A DNA stretch of 11,835 nucleotides from IMG/VR virus record IMGVR_UViG_3300045988_078946; one strand, 5' to 3'. The position numbers and the translations under genes are program-made. This DNA is from a virus. The notes under the pieces were generated by a model that was given only the letters and a program-made list of their open reading frames with translations, was not told where the DNA came from and did no database searches. Of this stretch, positions 1 through 5,528 are shown piece after piece; within the stretch, counting starts at the first letter, position 1; every line of letters begins with the position of its first letter.

Positions 1-268
1 CATAACACACTTTGGCACGCTTTTTGCTCTGTGCCGCATTTACCATTCTTTAACATATTTAACACTTCATAACACACTTTGGCACGCTTTTTGCTCTGTG
101 CCGCATTTACCATTCTTTAACATATTTAACACTTCATAACACACTTTGGCACGCTTTTTGCTCTGTGCCGCATTTACCATTCTTTAACATATTTAACACT
201 TCATAACACACTTTGGCACGCTTTTTGCTCTGTGCCGCATTTACCATTCTTTAACACATTTAACACAC
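1..268. repeat. Tandem array of four 67-bp direct repeats inside the left ITR
   Basis: The unit cataacacactttggcacgctttttgctctgtgccgcatttaccattctttaacatatttaacactt starts at 1, 68, 135 and 202. Copies 1-3 are identical. Copy 4 has a T>C change at 257 and diverges at 267-268. Each unit contains a short inverted repeat GGCAC-N12-GTGCC (14-18 and 31-35 in copy 1) and phased TAACA motifs. Confidence 0.95.
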
Positions 269-300
269 CGTTAACACTGTTAAACTTTCATAAAAATAAT

Positions 301-378
301 GTTTCACGTGGAACGTTGGTAAATAAATGTTTCACGTGGAACAAAGGGGCAAACAATGAAAACTGTTTCACGTGGAAC
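301..378. promoter_or_regulatory. Cluster of three identical near-palindromic boxes GTTTCACGTGGAAC (candidate operator or origin-protein binding sites)
   Basis: Exact copies at 301-314, 329-342 and 365-378 (centre spacing 28 and 36 bp). Each is preceded by an A-rich tract and (A/C)TG. The core is CACGTG, and the arms are palindromic except for one position (G instead of A) that is the same in all three copies. Confidence 0.7.
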
Positions 379-433
379 AAACAAGTGTTAACAACAGTTA
401 ATTTATTTCTTTAAGACTTTTTAACGAAAATAA

Positions 434-465
434 TTTGGTGGTTTCGCAAAAACGTTGTATCTTTG
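434..465 (+). promoter_or_regulatory. Inward-facing left-arm (early) promoter, Bacteroidota type
   Basis: TTTG at 434-437, a 20-bp spacer, then TATCTTTG at 458-465 (matches the TAnnTTTG -7 element). It lies about 50 nt upstream of the first + strand gene and is repeated in the right ITR and mid-genome with the same architecture. Confidence 0.65.
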
Positions 466-514
466 CACCGTGTTTAAGAAACATATAAGTTTAACAAATT
501 AAATTAGGTAAATT

Positions 515-682
515 ATGAATGAGAATTTTAATGAAACTGTTTTCAACTGTATTACTAGTGTTAACGCTCTTATGACTTCAAACGAAGTCGCAAAAGACGA
601 TAAGGCGGTTATTAAGTTGAACCGCTTTAAGAAGTGGTTGAATGAGTTTGCGGCTGCAAACGGTATGAACGAAGTTAAGTAA
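515..682 (+). CDS. Hypothetical small early protein, 55 aa (below the 60-aa ORF track cut-off)
   Basis: Manual translation from ATG 515 to TAA 680-682 gives MNENFNETVFNCITSVNALMTSNEVAKDDKAVIKLNRFKKWLNEFAAANGMNEVK. It is the first ORF downstream of the ITR promoter and is co-oriented with the operon. The antisense ORFs 499..696 and 578..889 look spurious (F/L/C-rich). Confidence 0.5.
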   Translation: MNENFNETVFNCITSVNALMTSNEVAKDDKAVIKLNRFKKWLNEFAAANGMNEVK

Positions 683-733
683 TAACAGGCGTCCAAAAGA
701 CAACAGAAGTTTAACGTTTAAAGGTTTTAAGTT

Positions 734-1099
734 ATGGCTAAAGGTTTTAGTTTTGCTAGTACTTTTAATAAGACTAGTTTCGGTATTGATACGACCGATT
801 TTCCGTTTGTAAAGTTGACCGATATTTACAACAGTGAGAAAGACGGTGGCGGTGATGTGGTACACCCGATTAACGGTATGTACGTTCACAAATCGCAGTT
901 GGGAGATTCACCTGTAATAATTGACGCAGAAAACAAGCGTTTAGTGAACTTACCACAGTTCACAGGTGACACGGTGCGAGAGATTCTTGCTAATAGTGAA
1001 GCGGTGGACACTATCAAAGCAAACAAAGTTGGTTATACGATTTATGAATATGAATCGCACGCCAAAAAATGTTACGGTATTACCTTTGTAGATAAGTAG
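734..1099 (+). CDS. Hypothetical early protein, 121 aa; possibly a phi29 p5-like ssDNA-binding protein
   Basis: Clean ORF in the early operon, followed by a terminator. Its size and position just upstream of the TP/DNAP pair, plus a weak remembered resemblance of its C-terminal half to phi29 p5 (124 aa), suggest an SSB. This is not verifiable here. Confidence 0.6.
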   Translation: MAKGFSFASTFNKTSFGIDTTDFPFVKLTDIYNSEKDGGGDVVHPINGMYVHKSQLGDSPVIIDAENKRLVNLPQFTGDTVREILANSEAVDTIKANKVGYTIYEYESHAKKCYGITFVDK

Positions 1100-1127
1100 T
1101 TTTCGTAGGTAATGGGTGGATAACGGC

Positions 1128-1174
1128 ACGGGGGTAAACAGTAACTTAGTTTATTGTTGCCCCCGTTTTTGTTT
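1128..1174 (+). terminator. Rho-independent terminator or attenuator after the two small early genes
   Basis: Stem ACGGGGGTAA (1128-1137) pairs with TTGCCCCCGT (1157-1166, one G-U pair). It is followed by TTTTTGTTT. Confidence 0.6.
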
Positions 1175-1194
1175 CATTTAAAAGTGTTGATATT

Positions 1195-1866
1195 ATGGCA
1201 AAGTTAAATCCGATAGGGTTTTCAAAAAGAACGTTTGCAGCAACGGCAAAGATACACGTTGATAAGCAAATATTAGACGCAATAGAATCCCGTGGCTATT
1301 TACGCAAAGAAATCGCCCGTGTGTTTCAACAGGCGAACCGACGCATACAGAATGTGGAAAAATCGGGTTTTGTTTCGCCTGCCGTTGTTGCGTTAAATAA
1401 AGGTGATATTAAAGGATTCACAAAGTTTTCAATGAAACACGATTGGAACGATTTAAAAATTGAATATTCCAAAGCGGTTTCTTTTTTGCAACAACCTACA
1501 TCAACGGCAATTGGTACACGTGAGTATTCAAACCATTTAAAGAAGTCTTACAACTTAGACGATAAAGAATTTAAGTTGATGCAAGACAAATTAATGGGTA
1601 AAATTGCAAGTGTTTCCGATGAAAGATTTTTGGAACAATATTTAATGCAGTACAAAGATTTCACGGGCGAACTAGAACAGGAATCACGGGACGTTAGCGA
1701 CCAAATCGAAGATGATGCGGTTAAAATTGAAAACGCTTTAGATGATGCAATAGAACAAATAGCAAAAGACCCAAATTCAGAGGCTTACGTTAACGGTGTT
1801 AACCATTTCAAAACTGACGAACCTTTGAAAAAGATATTGCAAGAATTTGAAAAATTCGGTTTATAA
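1195..1866 (+). CDS. Candidate terminal protein (TP) for protein-primed replication, 223 aa
   Basis: It lies immediately upstream of the protein-primed DNA polymerase and is translationally coupled to it (TAATG overlap at 1864-1868), as with phi29 genes 3 and 2. It has a basic N-terminal region (ARVFQQANRRIQNVEKSGFV, compare phi29 TP ARLVKNTKAKIARTKKKYGV from memory) and an acidic C-terminal half. The product call is an inference. Confidence 0.6.
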   Translation: MAKLNPIGFSKRTFAATAKIHVDKQILDAIESRGYLRKEIARVFQQANRRIQNVEKSGFVSPAVVALNKGDIKGFTKFSMKHDWNDLKIEYSKAVSFLQQPTSTAIGTREYSNHLKKSYNLDDKEFKLMQDKLMGKIASVSDERFLEQYLMQYKDFTGELEQESRDVSDQIEDDAVKIENALDDAIEQIAKDPNSEAYVNGVNHFKTDEPLKKILQEFEKFGL

Positions 1867-4073
1867 TGAAGAAAATACCCTTTGAACTACATACAGAAGT
1901 TTATACGCCAAAAGATATTGCAAAGGTTTTATCTTTGGCGGTGAACGATAAGAATTTTACAGGAAACAATAAGGGCGAAAAGTTCTTAAACGTTCCTGTA
2001 TCTTTCGATATTGAAACTACATCATTTTACCGTGATGAAGACGGGGAAACATACAGTTACGAACGCTATATGAAATTAGGTGGAAAAGAAACCAAAATGG
2101 AAAAGTGTTCTTTAATGTATGTTTGGCAATTTGGAATAAACGGTTTTTGCATAATTGGGCGTACGTGGGACGAATTTTTGCAAATGTTATCCGAAATAGT
2201 GGATATATTGGAACTTTGCCCAAAGAAACGTATTATTATTTACGTTCACAATTTGGCTTATGAGTTCCAATTTTTCCGTGAGTTGTTGGAATGGGAAAAA
2301 GTTTTCTCTATTGATTTACGCAAACCAATTTACGGAATAACGAAAACAGGTTTAGAGTTCCGATGCAGTTACTTATTATCGGGTTATTCTTTGGCGAAAT
2401 TAGGCGAACAATTACACACATACAAATGTGAAAAGTTAGTTGGCGATTTGGATTATAGTTTGTTACGTCACAGTAAAACCCCGTTGTCACAAAAAGAAAT
2501 TGGTTACTGTCTGAATGATATAAAAGTGGTGATGTGTTACATACAGGAACTATTGGAACGTTACAAAGGAATAACCCGTTTGCCGATTACAAAGACGGGT
2601 TTTGTACGCAAATATTGCCGTTCTGTATGCTTTAAAACAACTGACGAAACAGGCAAAACGATTCCAAACTTTAAATATATTGATAAGATTCATAACTTAA
2701 ATATAACAGGTATGGAAGAATTTGCAATGTTACAACGGGCGTTTTCAGGTGGCTTTACGCACGCCAACGCAAAATACACCGATGAAGTAATTGAGAATGT
2801 AGATAGTTACGATTTTACTAGCAGTTACCCTTATGTTATGGTTTCAGAAAAGTTTCCAATGAGTACGGGCGTAATTGTACCGATAAAGTCAATGAAACAA
2901 TTTGAGTTTATGACTAGCAAATTTTGTTGTGTTTTTGATGTGGAGATAACAAACATATTTGCAAAATCAGAAAACGAAAATCCAATATCGGTTAGTAAAT
3001 GTTTCGTGAAAGAAAACGTTTCCGAGAATAACGGGCGATTGGTTTGCGCAAAGAAAATATGTATGACGATTACCGAAATAGATTACAAAGTGTTTTCACA
3101 GTTTTACACGTGGGAACAAATAAGAATCGGGCGAATGATTTGTTACAGAAAAGAATATTTGCCAACTGAGTTTGTAGAATCTATTTTGCACCTGTATGAG
3201 ATGAAAACAAAACTAAAGGGTGTAAAGGGTAAAGAAGTGGAGTATTTGAATAGCAAAGAAATGCTTAATAGTTGTTACGGTATGTGTGTTACAAATCCGT
3301 TGCGTGATGAAATTTTGTGCGATGGCGAAACGTGGGACGTTGAACACCTTACAGGCGAAAAACAATTAGAAATGCTTAATAAATACAATGATAGTAAAAA
3401 CCGCTTTTTGTTTTACCCGTGGGGTATTTATGTTACCGCCTATGCACGAAGAAACCTGTTTACGGGTATTTCTGAATGTGGGGACGATTACATATATAGT
3501 GATACCGATTCCGTTAAAATTATGAATGGTAATGCACACAAAGACTATTTCAAAGCCTACAACGATTTAGCGCAACAAAAATTACGTGCCGCCTGTAAGT
3601 TTCACAAAATACCCTTTGAAAAGGTTGAACCCGTCACAATAAAGGGAATCTCAAAACCGTTGGGTGTTTGGGATTACGAGGGACGTTACGTCAGGTTTAA
3701 AACTTTAGGCGCAAAACGCTATATGGTGGAAGAAGAAAACGCCCTAACAGTAAACGGCAAAGATTATAATTATTCAATGACCGTTTCGGGCGTTAACAAA
3801 AAATCCGCTATCCCTTATATGTTAGAAACGTTTGGAGAAAGTGGAATCTTTGACGCATTTACAAATTATCTAGATATTCCACCATCGGCAACAGGTAAGA
3901 ATATTCATACATATATTGATTATAAACAAACGGGAACAATAAAAGACTATAGGGGCAACGTTTCAAGTTACGATACGACAACGGGGGTACACTTAGAACC
4001 AACTGGGTACACTTTAAGTCTTTCAGTTCTTTATATAAATTATTTAATGGGAATCAGATTAAAGAAAGAATAA
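1866..4073 (+). CDS. Protein-primed family B DNA polymerase (phi29 gp2-like), 735 aa
   Basis: All canonical motifs are readable. ExoI is FDIETTS, ExoII is VHNLAYEFQF and ExoIII is YCLNDIKVV. Motif A is DFTSSYPYVM, motif B is KEMLNSCYGMCV, motif C is IYSDTDSVK and the KxY motif is GAKRYMV. The genome has ITRs consistent with protein priming. Confidence 0.95.
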   Translation: MKKIPFELHTEVYTPKDIAKVLSLAVNDKNFTGNNKGEKFLNVPVSFDIETTSFYRDEDGETYSYERYMKLGGKETKMEKCSLMYVWQFGINGFCIIGRTWDEFLQMLSEIVDILELCPKKRIIIYVHNLAYEFQFFRELLEWEKVFSIDLRKPIYGITKTGLEFRCSYLLSGYSLAKLGEQLHTYKCEKLVGDLDYSLLRHSKTPLSQKEIGYCLNDIKVVMCYIQELLERYKGITRLPITKTGFVRKYCRSVCFKTTDETGKTIPNFKYIDKIHNLNITGMEEFAMLQRAFSGGFTHANAKYTDEVIENVDSYDFTSSYPYVMVSEKFPMSTGVIVPIKSMKQFEFMTSKFCCVFDVEITNIFAKSENENPISVSKCFVKENVSENNGRLVCAKKICMTITEIDYKVFSQFYTWEQIRIGRMICYRKEYLPTEFVESILHLYEMKTKLKGVKGKEVEYLNSKEMLNSCYGMCVTNPLRDEILCDGETWDVEHLTGEKQLEMLNKYNDSKNRFLFYPWGIYVTAYARRNLFTGISECGDDYIYSDTDSVKIMNGNAHKDYFKAYNDLAQQKLRAACKFHKIPFEKVEPVTIKGISKPLGVWDYEGRYVRFKTLGAKRYMVEEENALTVNGKDYNYSMTVSGVNKKSAIPYMLETFGESGIFDAFTNYLDIPPSATGKNIHTYIDYKQTGTIKDYRGNVSSYDTTTGVHLEPTGYTLSLSVLYINYLMGIRLKKE

Positions 4074-4074
4074 T

Positions 4075-5214
4075 ATGAGACAGAAGAAAGAAAAGGTAGA
4101 AACACCGAAATTTTACACGTTGAATCGCATTTTATCAAAGAATGCCGATTACAATGTAATTTTCGGTGAACGTTCCAACGGTAAGACCTATGCAACGTTA
4201 CTGTATGGAATCAAAGAATATTTGCGCACAGGAAAACAAATGGCTTATATTCGTAGATGGCGTGAAGATTTAAGGGGCAAACGTGCCGAAAGTTTATTCA
4301 GTAATCACGTTGCAAACGGTGTGATACAGGAATTAACAGGCGGTAAGTTTAACGAAGTGTTTTACATTTCGGGTAAATGGTTTCTTTCGTCTTACGACCC
4401 CGAAACCAAAAAACGTGTACCCGATAACACACCGTTCTGTTTCGGGTTTTGTCTTTCAGAACAGGAACACGAAAAATCTAGCAGTTACCCAAACATAACT
4501 ACAATAGTTTTCGACGAGTTCCTAACTAGACGTTACTATTTGCCCGATGAATTTATGTTATATATGAACCTATTGAGTACAATTATCAGACAGAGAAACG
4601 ATGTTAAAGTTTTTATGTTAGGTAATACAGTGAATCAATTTTGCCCGTATTTCTCAGAAATGGGATTGAAACAGGTGCGAATGATGGAACAGGGAACTAT
4701 TGATATTTACCGTTTCGGTGAGCACGGGGCAACGGTTGCAGTAGAATATTGCAGTACGATTGTTAAACATAAGGCTAGCAACAAATACTTTTGTTTTGAC
4801 AATGAAAATTTGCAAATGATTACGGGCGGTAAATGGGAACTTGCAGCATATCCGCACCTACCTGTAAAATACAAACCGAATGACGTGTTATTTGTCTTCT
4901 ATATTCAGTTTAACGAAATTACCTTACAGGGCAACGTAATACAGATTGAGGACAAAGAAAACGGGGTGAATAACTTTATTTATATCCACAACAAAACAAC
5001 CCCGATAAAGGACACAGACAACAGTTTGATATATTCTTTGCAAATGAACGGCAAACCAAACTACAAACGAAAGTTGCTGAGTACTGCAACCTATCTAGAA
5101 TCACAGATAACTAGATATTTTGCAACCGATAAGGTATTTTATCAAAATAACGAAATTGGCGAAATTGTGCGCAATTACTTGATGACAAGTGCAAGAAGTA
5201 ACATTATTACTTAA
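4075..5214 (+). CDS. DNA encapsidation (packaging) ATPase, phi29 gp16-like, 379 aa
   Basis: Walker A is GERSNGKT. YIRRWRED matches phi29 YVRRYKPE. SSSYPNITTIVFDEF (Walker B) matches phi29 SNAYPNVSTIVFDEF, and LGNTVNQFCPYF matches phi29 LSNAVSVVNPYF (phi29 sequence recalled from memory). Confidence 0.9.
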   Translation: MRQKKEKVETPKFYTLNRILSKNADYNVIFGERSNGKTYATLLYGIKEYLRTGKQMAYIRRWREDLRGKRAESLFSNHVANGVIQELTGGKFNEVFYISGKWFLSSYDPETKKRVPDNTPFCFGFCLSEQEHEKSSSYPNITTIVFDEFLTRRYYLPDEFMLYMNLLSTIIRQRNDVKVFMLGNTVNQFCPYFSEMGLKQVRMMEQGTIDIYRFGEHGATVAVEYCSTIVKHKASNKYFCFDNENLQMITGGKWELAAYPHLPVKYKPNDVLFVFYIQFNEITLQGNVIQIEDKENGVNNFIYIHNKTTPIKDTDNSLIYSLQMNGKPNYKRKLLSTATYLESQITRYFATDKVFYQNNEIGEIVRNYLMTSARSNIIT

Positions 5215-5223
5215 TATCTGTTA

Positions 5224-5272
5224 ACGGGGGTTAAAAATGTTTCACGTGAAACACTTTTCCCCCGTTTTATTT
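5224..5272 (+). terminator. Rho-independent terminator of the left (early) operon; its stem contains the CACGTG palindrome
   Basis: ACGGGGG (5224-5230) pairs with CCCCCGT (5259-5265). The inner stem is formed by AAAATGTTTCAC/GTGAAACACTTTT. It is followed by TTTTATTT and sits 10 nt after the ATPase stop. Confidence 0.75.
5238..5253. promoter_or_regulatory. Perfect 16-bp palindrome TGTTTCACGTGAAACA (candidate high-affinity operator for the same factor as the ITR boxes)
   Basis: The sequence is its own reverse complement. It differs from the ITR boxes only at the position that breaks their symmetry (A here, G there). It lies 16 bp upstream of the -33 TTTG of the late promoter. Confidence 0.7.
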
Positions 5273-5301
5273 GGTGATACCAAATAATTTTCCTATCTTT
5301 G
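5270..5301 (+). promoter_or_regulatory. Late (structural operon) promoter, Bacteroidota type
   Basis: TTTG at 5270-5273, a 20-bp spacer, then TATCTTTG at 5294-5301. It shares the TTTGGTG...TATCTTTGCA architecture and spacer length with the two ITR promoters. Confidence 0.65.
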
Positions 5302-5333
5302 CAGCATCAAATAACAAAATTAAAATTTGCTAT

Positions 5334-5528
5334 ATGGACGTAAACGCAATTATATCATTAATTAGTAACGTTGGTTTTCCTGTTGCGGTTTGTGTCGCCC
5401 TTTTCTTCTATATGGAGAAACAGAACGAACGCCATCAAAACGAAACCGACAAGTTAAATGAAACCGTACAAAGTAACACTAAAGTGTTGACAGAACTTTG
5501 TACATTAATTAAAACTCTTGTTAAATAA
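5334..5528 (+). CDS. Small single-TM membrane protein, YvrJ-like, 64 aa; holin candidate
   Basis: Translation from ATG 5334 gives MDVNAIISLISNVGFPVAVCVALFFYMEKQNE..., one hydrophobic helix followed by a charged helical tail. The ISNVGFP(V/I)AV motif resembles the YvrJ family (from memory). The track ORF start at 5271 is rejected because it overlaps the promoter. The stop overlaps the portal start (TAATG). Confidence 0.7.
   Translation: MDVNAIISLISNVGFPVAVCVALFFYMEKQNERHQNETDKLNETVQSNTKVLTELCTLIKTLVK

Larger units (their letters stand above)
1..467. repeat. Left inverted terminal repeat (ITR), about 467 bp
   Basis: Bases 1-456 are the exact reverse complement of 11380-11835. There is one mismatch at 457 (G versus A), then 458-467 match 11369-11378. 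Identity breaks at 468. The identical spurious ORFs 232..414(+) and 11422..11604(-) in the ORF track confirm the mirror symmetry. Confidence 0.95.

Noticed and set aside
14-35. GGCAC-N12-GTGCC hairpin in every 67-bp unit as a structured RNA or terminator
   Set aside because: It has only a 5-bp stem with a 12-nt loop and no T-tract, which is too weak to call an RNA element. It is recorded only as an inverted repeat that might be a protein-binding dyad.
1-268. Could the 67-bp direct repeats be a CRISPR array or a satellite?
   Set aside because: The repeats are immediately adjacent with no unique spacers and are mirrored at the other terminus. They are part of the ITR, not a CRISPR locus.
232-414. 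60-aa ORF (GTG start) inside the left ITR, with an identical copy at 11422..11604 on the - strand
   Set aside because: It runs through the last tandem repeat and the three CACGTG boxes, so its repeated CFTWNK peptide is just the DNA repeat translated. It has a non-ATG start and no promoter upstream, and it lies upstream of the predicted ITR promoter. Most likely it is a non-coding regulatory or origin region.
3101-3118. Degenerate CACGTG box-like sequence GTTTTACACGTGGGAAC inside the polymerase gene; other bare CACGTG hexamers at 1517-1522 and 10142-10147, and an ACGTGAAAC half-site at about 10764-10772
   Set aside because: The arm spacing differs from the 14-16 bp consensus (extra bases on both sides of the core), or only the hexamer or a half-site is present. 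All lie within coding sequence, so they are most likely chance occurrences.
5271-5333. N-terminal extension of the YvrJ-like ORF (track start at 5271, TTG codon)
   Set aside because: The extension overlaps the terminator T-tract and the entire predicted late promoter, so it would lie upstream of the transcription start. The ATG at 5334 gives a compact 64-aa single-TM protein.
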